A stretch of 16,892 nucleotides of DNA from Candidatus Rifleibacteriota bacterium (lineage in GTDB: Bacteria; Muiribacteriota; Ozemobacteria; Ozemobacterales; Ozemobacteraceae). Position numbers and translations under genes: made by a program. Each line of letters begins with the position of its first letter. Within the stretch, counting starts at the first letter, position 1. The notes below the pieces were generated by a model. It worked only from the letters and a program-made list of their open reading frames with translations, made no database searches and had not been told where the DNA came from. Shown here in pieces: positions 6,215 through 15,475 of this stretch. The stretch lies in assembly GCA_051747585.1 (NCBI GenBank), contig JBNJGH010000075.1, positions 1 to 16,892 of the forward strand. The letters are read 5' to 3'.

Positions 6215-8435
6215 AACAGTAAATCAGGGCAAACTTTTTACTATTAGTTTCAGGCATAAGATAGCTGCGGTTTTCACCCTTTTAATCACTTTTATTATGC
6301 TTATGTCGGTTTACCTGGTTACCTTTCAGGTCAAAAGATCCAGCCTGAAAAGGGCCGAGCAGAGTGGAAGGCTTCTTGGGCGTATTATTGCTCTCACGAT
6401 GGGCGAAGATATCGTAAGGGGAAATTTTCAAAGCATAAATTATGCTCTCAAAAAGTTTTCTAAATTGGAGAGAATTGATTATTGTTTAATAATTGATAAC
6501 TTTGGTAAAATTATTTCGAGCACCGAAGATCAGTTGTCCGGCAACTACTTTTCTGATGCCTGGTCCAGAAATACCTTGAACTCTTACGAGCTGTCAATTA
6601 GAAGAGCAATTCACAATGGCCGACCGGTATATGATACCTTTGTTCCTATTATTATCGGGGGTAAGCGGCATGCATTAATTAGAGTAGGATTCACTCTGCA
6701 GGAAGAATATGAAAACATTCGAAGTTTGTTATATTACAACCTTAGCTTGGGAATAATGCTGATTCTTGTTGGTATACTGATCGCCTATGCGGTTTCTTCT
6801 ACTTTGTTGAGCCCCTTGAATGCTATCCTGGGGTCGTTAGAGTCTATGAGCAAGGGTGATTTCAGCCAGAAGGCACTTGTTAATACTTCTGATGAATTTG
6901 AGCAGCTCGCCCTTTCGTTTAACCGCTTGTCTAATTTTCTTCAAGATAAACAACATGCCGACAAATTTATTGGTAAAAAAATCTGGGAAGCCGATAAGGG
7001 GCTTCAGCAAAAACATTTTTCAGGAAAAAATATAGAAGCGGTTGTCCTGCATTTGGAACTAAGCCATTTCAGCCATTTTATTGAAAGGCATTCTGCTTCT
7101 GAATCAGTAGATACTTTGAATCAGTTCTACAAGCAAATGTCGAAAATAATTGCCGACAGCGGCGGAATAGTCGACCGTTTTGGCGATGGCTCTATTACCT
7201 GCATTTTCCCGGTAATTAAAGATGACCATTGGCCAGCTTCTCTTAGAGCGGGCTTCACGGCTCTTATGGCTCGTTCGGAAATTTATGACTTTAATTTTAA
7301 ACAAGCCCAGCTTGGCCTGGAGGACCTTGCCCTCAAAACCGGAATATCTTCGGGCACCGTTATAGTTGGCAAGATCGGTGCAGGTTCACAGAACGACTTC
7401 TCTGTTCTTGGTTCGCCGGTTATTGCTGCCAAAAAAGCAGCAGAGATTTCGGGACGTAAAAACGATTATCGACCTGTTGCAACCCTTGAACTGGTCAAAC
7501 ACTCCTCTGACTTTTTATCCTTTAATCAGCTTAAAGTTCAAAGCTCGTACAATGAAGAAGTTGTCTATTATTCTCTTGAAACTTTTACAAACCTTTCCTT
7601 CTTCAAAGAAAAACTTGAAAATGTCTCAGAACATGCTTATCAAAGTATTGTCTGGGCATTTGGTCTCAGCGAGACAACTGACGGGCTGGAATTTCTGAAA
7701 TCAGTAATATCCGATAAAGAAAACAAATTTCGCCTGGAAGCGGTTAAAGCTCTTGCACCTTACCTTAGGGAAAAAAATGAAGATGCACGTGAAATTTTGA
7801 TTAATCTCATAAAAGAAGGAAAAGATGATCAAATTGTCGCTCTGGCCGTTACTTTACTGGGACGAGTTCGCGATAGATCTCTGGTCGACGTATTTGTCGA
7901 ACTGTTTAAACATGAAAACTCGAGGGTAAGGGCAGATGCGGTAGAAGCTTGTATTCCTCTCAAGTTCACTCGCAAACAGGAACTGCTAAAAGAAATGCTG
8001 CAGGATTCGGCCCCGAGAGTTTGCGCCAATGCTTTGCTTGGTCTCTGGCTGGCCGATGACAAAGAGACACTGGCCTGTCTTTATGCTTTGTTAAAGGCGG
8101 ATAATAGTAAAATGAGGGCATCCGGTGCTTTTGCTGTCTATTTCCTGGCCTCTTCAAGACGGTTTAGAAGGCTATTTCCAGCTTACAGTGAAACTGAAGC
8201 TTTCTCTGTGTTGCCTATAATAGAAAACATACTTAACCGACTTAAGGCCATGCTCGAAAGCTCTGAGGCTTCAGAAAGGTATCAGGCTTTAAGAGCTGCA
8301 GGAAAAGTCGGTTATAATGATTTCCGGTCGAATATCGTAGAAATGCTTGAAGATGAAGATGAACCGCAGATTGTCAGTTTGGGCAGCGCGATACTAAAAG
8401 AGTGGGAATTTCATGTCTCTCCTGAAGAGGTCTGA
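6204..8435 (+). CDS. Membrane sensor: TM-extracytoplasmic sensor domain-TM-HAMP-degenerate class III nucleotide cyclase-HEAT repeats
   Basis: ATG 6204 with GGGAG RBS, overlapping the upstream stop. Two TMs; HAMP (SPLNAILGSLESMSKGDFSQKALVNTSDEFEQLALSFNRL); cyclase-like GGIVDRFGDG and KTGISSGTVIVGKIG...DFSVLG (~7023-7450); HEAT-like repeats (RLEAVKAL, RVRADAVEA, RVCANALLGL, MRASGAFA, RYQALRAAG). Confidence 0.85.
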   Translation: MKDKTVNQGKLFTISFRHKIAAVFTLLITFIMLMSVYLVTFQVKRSSLKRAEQSGRLLGRIIALTMGEDIVRGNFQSINYALKKFSKLERIDYCLIIDNFGKIISSTEDQLSGNYFSDAWSRNTLNSYELSIRRAIHNGRPVYDTFVPIIIGGKRHALIRVGFTLQEEYENIRSLLYYNLSLGIMLILVGILIAYAVSSTLLSPLNAILGSLESMSKGDFSQKALVNTSDEFEQLALSFNRLSNFLQDKQHADKFIGKKIWEADKGLQQKHFSGKNIEAVVLHLELSHFSHFIERHSASESVDTLNQFYKQMSKIIADSGGIVDRFGDGSITCIFPVIKDDHWPASLRAGFTALMARSEIYDFNFKQAQLGLEDLALKTGISSGTVIVGKIGAGSQNDFSVLGSPVIAAKKAAEISGRKNDYRPVATLELVKHSSDFLSFNQLKVQSSYNEEVVYYSLETFTNLSFFKEKLENVSEHAYQSIVWAFGLSETTDGLEFLKSVISDKENKFRLEAVKALAPYLREKNEDAREILINLIKEGKDDQIVALAVTLLGRVRDRSLVDVFVELFKHENSRVRADAVEACIPLKFTRKQELLKEMLQDSAPRVCANALLGLWLADDKETLACLYALLKADNSKMRASGAFAVYFLASSRRFRRLFPAYSETEAFSVLPIIENILNRLKAMLESSEASERYQALRAAGKVGYNDFRSNIVEMLEDEDEPQIVSLGSAILKEWEFHVSPEEV

Positions 8436-8959
8436 TCTACTTCTTCTAAAGCTGAAATTTCAGAATCATCTTTGCGGTTGATTCTTTTGAAAATAATTTC
8501 GCCCAGAATTATTCCCATAATTGCAGTAAAGGTCTGAATTCCTATAACCGCAAATACAAGCCACTTTACCTTGGTCAAAATTTCCAGCCACTCGATAACC
8601 CCTGAACCAATTAAATAAATAAATAATCCTTTTGCCAACGATGGCAGAAAAACTCTTAGAAAAGCCTTTTTATTGTGCAATAATCTGTAAAACAAAACCA
8701 GAAGCAGGTTGCCAACTATAATAACAGGTAGCAAAGGATACATGGGAGCGGGAAGATGACCGGAAATGATACCGCCGAAGGGTGATAATATGCAGATAAA
8801 TATTGCTGGTTGCAAACCGGCATACAAAAAAATAAAAATAAAAACGGCATTAACTGCTATGCCGGTTAACAAATTCGGCATACCCGCGATCTGTACAGCA
8901 AGAATAACGGCAAGGCATAAACCTGTTAAAGTTAGCTTGACTGTTCTGGTTTGTTTCAT
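8411..8959 (-). CDS. ECF transporter S component (substrate unknown)
   Basis: About 182 aa, ~6 TMs; KLTLTGLCLAVILAVQ, NLLTGIAVNAVF, LSP...G, PLLPVIIVGN pattern of ECF S components. ATG 8959 preferred to the ORF-track start 8992. 3' end overlaps the convergent cyclase gene by 25 nt. Confidence 0.8.
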   Translation of the reverse strand: MKQTRTVKLTLTGLCLAVILAVQIAGMPNLLTGIAVNAVFIFIFLYAGLQPAIFICILSPFGGIISGHLPAPMYPLLPVIIVGNLLLVLFYRLLHNKKAFLRVFLPSLAKGLFIYLIGSGVIEWLEILTKVKWLVFAVIGIQTFTAIMGIILGEIIFKRINRKDDSEISALEEVDQTSSGET

Positions 8960-9029
8960 AAGCAAGTTCCTGTTCGCCAAACAAAGTAACATATCAATCG
9001 GATTAATGCTTTAAAAACAGAAAAGAAGT

Positions 9030-9059
9030 TTGACAATCAGCCTGTACTGTCGATATAGT
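9030..9059 (+). promoter_or_regulatory. Sigma-70-type promoter for hppA
   Basis: TTGACA (9030-9035)-N18-TATAGT (9054-9059); AGGAGG RBS before GTG 9126. Confidence 0.7.
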
Positions 9060-9125
9060 AATATGTTTGTAATGAGGAGTGAGGATCCATTTTACTGGAT
9101 TGAAGTAAACTGATAGGAGGTCTTT

Positions 9126-11933
9126 GTGGACGCTCAAATGTATTTTTGGCTTGCGCCGGCAGGTTCTTTGCTGGCTTTGTTTTTTGCGTATATTTTTTTC
9201 TCGGGCATGATGAAAGCCGATCCGGGAAACGAGAAATCGGTTGAAATTGCGGGCTACGTTAAAGAAGGTGCCATGACTTATTTATGGGCACAATATAGAG
9301 TAGTTGGTATTTTCTTTGTAATTGCCTTTGCTTTTTTTGCTTTTCTTGCCTTTTTTCTCAGGGTGCAGAGCCCATGGACACCTTTTGCATTTTTAACCGG
9401 TGGTTTCTTTTCCGGTCTTTCGGGTTATCTGGGTATGATAACCGCCACCAATGCCAGTAACAGAGCTGCTGCAGGTGCTGCTAAAAGTTTGAACCAGGGC
9501 TTGCAGATTGCTTTCCGCAGTGGTGCGGTAATGGGATTTGTTGTTGTGGGTCTTGGTCTGCTTGACATTTCAATCTGGTGGAAAGTTCTTACCTGGGTTA
9601 TGAGCGAGGGGGCAGGCAGCTTTAAAGATAGTATTTTTGCTGTTCACAGCTATACCGAAATTACAACCATTATGTTGACCTTTGGTATGGGGGCAAGTTC
9701 TCAGGCGCTGTTTGCCCGTGTTGGCGGTGGTATTTTTACCAAGGCTGCCGATGTCGGAGCTGATCTGGTCGGTAAAACCGAAGCCGATATTCCTGAAGAT
9801 GACCCCCGTAATCCTGCCACTATTGCAGATAACGTTGGCGACAATGTTGGCGATGTTGCCGGTATGGGCGCTGACCTTTATGAATCATATTGTGGCTCTA
9901 TTCTGGCTTCTGCCGCTCTGGGTGCTTCTGCTTTCAGTACGCCCGATCTGGTTCAGTTTCAGCTTAATTCAATCATGCTGCCCATGGCGATTGCAGGTGC
10001 GGGTATCGTTTTCTCCCTGATCGGAGTTTTCTTTGTTAAAACAGATGAAGAAGCCTCGCAGAAAGAACTTATGGGGGCTTTGAGCCGAGGAGTTAATGCT
10101 TCCTCGTTGCTTACCGCTATTGGTAGTGCAATTCTTACCTATAAGCTGTTGCCCGATCACTTTTATATACTTGGTTCAATTATCACCGGTTTGATGGCCG
10201 GCATTATAATTGGCTGGGCAACAACTTATTATACCTCGGAAGATTATGAACCCACCCAGGATGTTGCCGCGCAATCTTCAACCGGACCTGCTACCGTTAT
10301 TATAGAAGGTTTGGCAACCGGTATGATTTCAACCGGAATTCCAGTTGTAACTGTTGCCCTTGCAATTATTCTTGCTTACAGTTTCGCCGATGGTTTTACC
10401 AATCCGGCTATGGGGCTTTATGGTATTGGCGTAGCTGCAGTCGGGATGCTCTCAACCCTGGGACTTACCCTGGCAACCGATGCTTATGGACCCATTGCTG
10501 ATAACGCCGGCGGTAACGCCGAAATGGCAGGCCTCGGGCCAGAAGTTCGTAAAAGAACAGATGCTCTCGATTCGCTTGGTAATACAACCGCTGCTACCGG
10601 TAAGGGCTTTGCAATTGGATCTGCTGCCCTGACCGCAATGGCATTGCTGGGTGCTTATGTTGAAGAAGTCCGGATGGGCTTGATCCGGGCGGCTCAGTTT
10701 AGTGAGTCTAAGCTCGACCAATATATATTCCCAACCATAGAAAGAGCGGTTCCGATCAAGTTCGCTACTATGGGCGACTTCATGGGTTTTTATAATGTAA
10801 ATCTTATGAATCCTCTGGTGCTTGTCGGTATTTTTCTGGGCGCAATGCTTGTTTTTGTGTTCTGTGCTATGACTATGAAGGCCGTTGGTCGTGCAGCTCA
10901 CAGCATGGTCGAAGAAGTGCGTCGCCAGTTTAAAGAAATACCCGGCCTCCTTAAGGGCGAAGAGGGTGTAAAAGCAGATTATGCTTCTTGTGTTGAAATT
11001 TCTACCAAGGGTGCGCAGAAGGAAATGATTGCTCCCAGTCTGTTGGCAATAACAGTGCCTGTAATAGCTGGTCTGTTTCTCGGCGTAGCCGGTGTTATGG
11101 GCTTGCTTATCGGCGGCCTGGCATGTGGATTTGCCGTTGCTATAATGATGTCTAATGCCGGTGGTAGCTGGGATAATGCTAAAAAATACATTGAATCCGG
11201 CCAGATGGGCGGAAAAGGCTCTGAAAACCATAAAGCCGCAGTTGTTGGCGATATGGTTGGCGATCCTTTCAAAGACACATCAGGTCCTTCTTTGAATATT
11301 CTCATCAAACTTATGAGTATGGTAGCAATCGTCGTTTCCGGTCTAACTGTCAGCTATTCACCGCAAATTCAGTATTATTTCGGTTTCAATCCCTCTGAAC
11401 TGAGACATAAAGAGGAATATAACAAACTCCTGAGTGCTCGTGAAGTAACTCTTCCAAGCCTGGATGCTCCAAAAAGAAGCGATAAAACTTCTTCAATCTT
11501 CGAAGAAGATCCATTACTTGGTACCGAAGATATAATACTTCCTGAAGGCGATGAAGCCATGGTAAGTAATCCTGATGTCGATGAACCTGATGTGTCGGCA
11601 AAACAGCCGCCTGTAACTGCAGCCGATGCTTCTGAATCTTCGACTTCGGAATCCTCTACCGGCGGCTTTTCTGGCTTCGGTGGTGAAGATGGTTCTGAAA
11701 CAGCTGATGAAGACAAAGGAACCTCAGAAAGCTCAGCTTTCTCCGGGGGGTTCGATTCCCTTGAGGGAGGCTCAGATGATTCCGCTGCTGACGACTCAGA
11801 GGGAGGATTTGGAGCTTTAACCGGCGATAATGCCAATGGAGAAGATGCTGGAGCTGCCTCTGAAAGCAACGCTTCAGCTGACGATGAAACTGAATCTGAA
11901 GAAGCTGACTCTTCCGGGTTCGGTGGTTTCTAG
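9126..11933 (+). CDS. hppA: K+-dependent membrane-integral pyrophosphatase, probably Na+,H+-translocating clade, with long acidic C-terminal extension
   Basis: Motifs [65 protein letters not shown] (Ala = K+-dependent), [22 protein letters not shown]. Confidence 0.97.
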   Translation: MDAQMYFWLAPAGSLLALFFAYIFFSGMMKADPGNEKSVEIAGYVKEGAMTYLWAQYRVVGIFFVIAFAFFAFLAFFLRVQSPWTPFAFLTGGFFSGLSGYLGMITATNASNRAAAGAAKSLNQGLQIAFRSGAVMGFVVVGLGLLDISIWWKVLTWVMSEGAGSFKDSIFAVHSYTEITTIMLTFGMGASSQALFARVGGGIFTKAADVGADLVGKTEADIPEDDPRNPATIADNVGDNVGDVAGMGADLYESYCGSILASAALGASAFSTPDLVQFQLNSIMLPMAIAGAGIVFSLIGVFFVKTDEEASQKELMGALSRGVNASSLLTAIGSAILTYKLLPDHFYILGSIITGLMAGIIIGWATTYYTSEDYEPTQDVAAQSSTGPATVIIEGLATGMISTGIPVVTVALAIILAYSFADGFTNPAMGLYGIGVAAVGMLSTLGLTLATDAYGPIADNAGGNAEMAGLGPEVRKRTDALDSLGNTTAATGKGFAIGSAALTAMALLGAYVEEVRMGLIRAAQFSESKLDQYIFPTIERAVPIKFATMGDFMGFYNVNLMNPLVLVGIFLGAMLVFVFCAMTMKAVGRAAHSMVEEVRRQFKEIPGLLKGEEGVKADYASCVEISTKGAQKEMIAPSLLAITVPVIAGLFLGVAGVMGLLIGGLACGFAVAIMMSNAGGSWDNAKKYIESGQMGGKGSENHKAAVVGDMVGDPFKDTSGPSLNILIKLMSMVAIVVSGLTVSYSPQIQYYFGFNPSELRHKEEYNKLLSAREVTLPSLDAPKRSDKTSSIFEEDPLLGTEDIILPEGDEAMVSNPDVDEPDVSAKQPPVTAADASESSTSESSTGGFSGFGGEDGSETADEDKGTSESSAFSGGFDSLEGGSDDSAADDSEGGFGALTGDNANGEDAGAASESNASADDETESEEADSSGFGGF

Positions 11934-11955
11934 TATCAGTGTTTGTTTAACTTAT

Positions 11956-11994
11956 AAAAAAAAAATGCCCGGGAAAACCGGGCATTTTTTTTTT
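11956..11994. terminator. Bidirectional rho-independent terminator between hppA and the aldo/keto reductase gene
   Basis: A10-TGCCCGG-GAAAA-CCGGGCA-T10, perfect stem with U-tracts on both strands, between convergent stops. Confidence 0.95.
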
Positions 11995-12018
11995 GCTGTA
12001 AAATCAGATTGAAAAAGG

Positions 12019-12972
12019 CTATATGATCCTGATTGCGAAGCTTGGGCACTCGGGGGAACAATAACCGCAAAGAACACACCTGGTGTGATTTATTTCCGGG
12101 CTATTTGCTCCAGGCTTTAAAGCGCCCTGCTGACAAGCTGCTATACATGCGCCGCAGTTTTTACATACCATTTTATTAATAAAAAGCTCGCGCGGCTGCC
12201 CGGCTACTTTCTCGGCAAAGGCTCTGTCTATAGGCTTGTTGCTTGCAAGGGCAACATTCATGTCAATTTCTTCATAGGTTGTCATGCCTGCTGCTGCACT
12301 GTCGACATGCTTGCTGTTCCATAGCCATCTTAGAGCTTCTGCGGCATCCTGCCTTAGATGTCCGCCCCCGAGAGGTTTCATGGCGTATATACCTTTGCCA
12401 TTCGCTCTGGCTGTTTGCAAAAATTCAATCATTTTTTCTAATGGTGCATCGAGAATCCCAATTCCATCACGATTTAACATTGGATGAAGAATTTCCATAT
12501 ACTTGTTTTCTGCTGCAGCATTTATTGTGTTAGCGGAATGTGAGCTTAAACCAATAGCTTTGATTATTCCTTTCTCTTTTGCTTTTATGAGAGCTTCGAG
12601 AGCTCCCTGACGAGAATTGAAATCTTCCATGTCTCTGACTGCATGTAAAAGAAAAATGTCGATTGTTTTTAAGTGAAGCCCCTCTTGACACTCTGCAATA
12701 GCGTTTTCCATTTCTTCGAGGTTTTTAACTGCTGATTTAGAAGCGATAACGGGCATGTTGCCCATCCATTTATGCAAAGCAGCTCTGACCTGGGGATAAG
12801 AGCCGTACATCTGGGCTGTGTCAATGAAGTTTATGCCTGAAGAAAGAGCGTGTAATATAACTTCTCTGCCTTCTTCCAGAGAAAGACCTCTTTGCATGGG
12901 ACTCATAGTCAACGTGCCTATGGCAAGAATACTTACTTCTATACCTGTATTTCCCAGAATATTTTTTTCCAT
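12019..12972 (-). CDS. Aldo/keto reductase with C-terminal 2x[4Fe-4S] ferredoxin-like domain
   Basis: LGNTGIEVS, GINFIDTAQMYG (Asp/Tyr), IASK (Lys), IDIFLLH (His), GIIKAIGLSSH, AMKPLGGG; CKNCGACIAAC and CVLCGYCSPECP. Confidence 0.95.
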   Translation of the reverse strand: MEKNILGNTGIEVSILAIGTLTMSPMQRGLSLEEGREVILHALSSGINFIDTAQMYGSYPQVRAALHKWMGNMPVIASKSAVKNLEEMENAIAECQEGLHLKTIDIFLLHAVRDMEDFNSRQGALEALIKAKEKGIIKAIGLSSHSANTINAAAENKYMEILHPMLNRDGIGILDAPLEKMIEFLQTARANGKGIYAMKPLGGGHLRQDAAEALRWLWNSKHVDSAAAGMTTYEEIDMNVALASNKPIDRAFAEKVAGQPRELFINKMVCKNCGACIAACQQGALKPGANSPEINHTRCVLCGYCSPECPSFAIRII

Positions 12973-13055
12973 TGCTGTTCCCCCTATGAGAATATCTTAA
13001 CAGATAAAATTAATTTTCAAACAATTCGAATTATTTTTTCTATAATTTTGCTTTA

Positions 13056-13084
13056 TTGACAGCAAAGAGTTGAGGGTATAAGAT
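13056..13084 (+). promoter_or_regulatory. Sigma-70-type promoter for floA
   Basis: TTGACA (13056-13061)-N17-TAAGAT (13079-13084); AGGAGAG RBS before ATG 13115. Confidence 0.7.
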
Positions 13085-13114
13085 TGATTAAAAGAACTTT
13101 AGGAGAGAGACTGC

Positions 13115-14080
13115 ATGGAAGTAATTATTCCGATTCTATTACTGTTGGCCGTTTTGGTGCTGGGTTATATGGTGAAACTGTTCCCATTTATGACTTATAT
13201 TAACTGTATGTCTGCCAAGGTCCCTTGTTCGCCGATTCAGCTCATAGCCATGCAGCTGAGAAATGTACCCACTGAATTTATAGTTGAATACTATGTTAAG
13301 ATTAGGAAAGCCGGGATACCTGTAGCACTGGATCGCCTTGAAGTGCATGTCCTCTCCGGCGGCAACATTGCCAATGTCGTTCAGGCACTGGTAAGCGCAA
13401 GCAGGTCCAATATCGATCTGACTTTTGAAAAAGCTGCAGCAATTGATCTGGCTGGTAGAAATGTAAGCGACGCAGTGCGTATGAGTGTTGAACCCAGAGT
13501 TATGCGTACCGCTCCCATTCACGGGATTGCCCAGGATGGCATTGAATTGATTGTTAAAGCAAATCTTACGGTTCGCGCCAATTTAAATACCATGGTGGGT
13601 GGAGCTGGCGAAGATACCGTTCTTGCAAGGGTTTGCGAAGGCATTGTTTCTGCTATTGGCTCTTCCAAAACCCATTCGATTGTCTTAAACAAACCTGAAT
13701 TCCTTTCTAACCGTGTTCTGGAAAAAGGTCTTGATGTTGGAACAGCTTTCGAAATAGTTTCCCTGGATATTTCCGATATAGATGTCGGTAGAAACATTGG
13801 TGCGTCTTTAAAGAATGACCAGGCAGTAGCCGATCAGAAAGTTGCCGAAGCCAAAGCCGAAGGCCGAAGAGCTATGGCTATGGCCAAAACTCAGGAAAAC
13901 AAAGCTGCTGAACAGGAAGCAAAAGCAAATCTGGTTAAAGCTGAAATGAAAATTCCAAAATCGCTTGCCGGCAGTTATCGACAAGGCAAGCTGATTGTAA
14001 AAAGAAAGAAGAGAAAAGGAACAACTACTTCAGCCAATGCCGGTAAAAACGGACATGGTTTTGTAGATGACGCAGGATGA
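13115..14080 (+). CDS. floA: Flotillin-like protein FloA (YqfA/UPF0365 family)
   Basis: N-terminal TM; LEVHVLSGGN, AAAIDLAGRNV, AQDGIELIVKA, VGGAGEDTVLARV, GLDVGTAFEIVSLDISDIDVGRNIGA, AEGRRAMAMA. Confidence 0.93.
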   Translation: MEVIIPILLLLAVLVLGYMVKLFPFMTYINCMSAKVPCSPIQLIAMQLRNVPTEFIVEYYVKIRKAGIPVALDRLEVHVLSGGNIANVVQALVSASRSNIDLTFEKAAAIDLAGRNVSDAVRMSVEPRVMRTAPIHGIAQDGIELIVKANLTVRANLNTMVGGAGEDTVLARVCEGIVSAIGSSKTHSIVLNKPEFLSNRVLEKGLDVGTAFEIVSLDISDIDVGRNIGASLKNDQAVADQKVAEAKAEGRRAMAMAKTQENKAAEQEAKANLVKAEMKIPKSLAGSYRQGKLIVKRKKRKGTTTSANAGKNGHGFVDDAG

Positions 14081-14306
14081 GGAAAAAATTACTCGTGAGC
14101 AGCTAGAAAAGATGAATCGACTGCACAGGCTTGAGCTTCGAAAAATCGGTAAAATGAATGAGGCTCAATTCCAGGTCTTTAAAAGAAATTTTTCTGTTGG
14201 TCATCTTGAAGATATAACCCGGGCAGAGGCTTATGAGCTTTTAACTTCAATGCTTGCTTTGAATCTGTCTTTACTTGACGATATCAAAAATCAAAAAGAA
14301 ATTTAG
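14067..14306 (+). CDS. Small hypothetical protein, translationally coupled to floA
   Basis: 79-aa charged helical ORF overlapping the floA stop and filling the gap before the convergent antiporter gene. Confidence 0.65.
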   Translation: MTQDEEKITREQLEKMNRLHRLELRKIGKMNEAQFQVFKRNFSVGHLEDITRAEAYELLTSMLALNLSLLDDIKNQKEI

Positions 14307-14339
14307 TAAAAGCACAATCCTGCTCTAGTTATCGTTATT

Positions 14340-15437
14340 TTAATCGGGTTTTAACTTTAAAGACCCGGTAGCTGTTTCTTCGCTTGTTTGCTCTACGGTA
14401 GAAGGTGGTTTGATTTTAATTTTCGGTCTGGTAGCTTCTGTATTTAGCTGAAAAAGTATGATGTTATAAAACAGGTAAAAACTAACCAGCAAAGCGCCTT
14501 CTGCCCTTATAATTTTCATCCCCGTTGACATTATGGGTAAAACGCTCAGGCTGATCACTACCATAAGCGGAATATGTATGCCCAGCATATTGTTGGAAAC
14601 GTTCAATATGTCGGAGCCGGGAATTCCGTTGAAATGGCTGACTACCGAGGCGCAGCCCACTATGCCAAGAATGTTGAAAATATTGGATCCCACAACGTTG
14701 CCAAGAGTTAATTCTGCATGACCTTTTTTGGCTGCGACAATCGCTGTTGCAAGCTCTGGTAGAGAAGTGCCGATTGCAATTAGAGTTAAACCTATAACTT
14801 CATCTGAAACGCCAAGGGTGCGGGCTATTTCGGTTGCCCCCCTGACCAGCGCTTCTGAACCGACAACCAGCCCAATCAGTCCGGCTATTATAAGAAATAA
14901 TTCTCTGGCTAAAGAGGCCTTGGCTTTTAGCTCGATATCTGGTTCCTGGCTAAGCTGTTCTTCTACTTCTTCGACAATTTTGGGGTCGCCTTTGCTCCAC
15001 CTGTAGCTTAAATAAATATAAAGAAAAAACAGGAAAGCTACAAACAGCCCTTCGTAAAAAGAAATTATCTGACCGGTTTGGGCCATAATCCAAAGCATAA
15101 TAGAAGCACCGATCATAATCGGTACTTCCCGCCGTATTGTTTGTTTCTCGCATGCGATTGGCTGAATTAAAGCAGCAATGCCTAGAATCAGGGCGGCATT
15201 CATGATATTTGAACCCACAACGTTACCGAGTGAAAGCTCGGGGTTGCCTTTTAATGATGCGTTAACGCTTACAACCATCTCTGGTAGCGATGTTCCCGCT
15301 GCTACTATTGTCATTCCTATCGCCAGTTTGCTTACCCCAAGATTCAAGGCAAGATTGGAAGCGCCTTCAACCAGCTTGTCGGCTGCATAAGAAAGAATTA
15401 CAAAGCCGATAAGGCAAAGAATAATATTCAATAACAT
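14340..15437 (-). CDS. Calcium/sodium antiporter, CaCA (YrbG-like) family
   Basis: Two alpha-repeat motifs GTSLPE and GNVVGSNI in each half; ~10 TMs; AGGAG RBS upstream. Confidence 0.95.
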   Translation of the reverse strand: MLLNIILCLIGFVILSYAADKLVEGASNLALNLGVSKLAIGMTIVAAGTSLPEMVVSVNASLKGNPELSLGNVVGSNIMNAALILGIAALIQPIACEKQTIRREVPIMIGASIMLWIMAQTGQIISFYEGLFVAFLFFLYIYLSYRWSKGDPKIVEEVEEQLSQEPDIELKAKASLARELFLIIAGLIGLVVGSEALVRGATEIARTLGVSDEVIGLTLIAIGTSLPELATAIVAAKKGHAELTLGNVVGSNIFNILGIVGCASVVSHFNGIPGSDILNVSNNMLGIHIPLMVVISLSVLPIMSTGMKIIRAEGALLVSFYLFYNIILFQLNTEATRPKIKIKPPSTVEQTSEETATGSLKLKPD

Positions 15438-15475
15438 TTATAAGGCTCCTGATAGCTGCCAATTGTTTGTAATTC

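Noticed and set aside
8960..9125. Riboswitch upstream of the ECF S component
   Set aside because: No TPP, FMN, cobalamin, SAM or preQ1 consensus recognised; region is short and holds the hppA promoter. Not tested with Infernal.
10452..11869. Long antisense ORFs (10452..11231, 10979..11308, 11375..11869) opposite hppA
   Set aside because: Fully overlap a highly conserved gene; no RBS or recognisable motifs; expected shadows of codon bias and low complexity.
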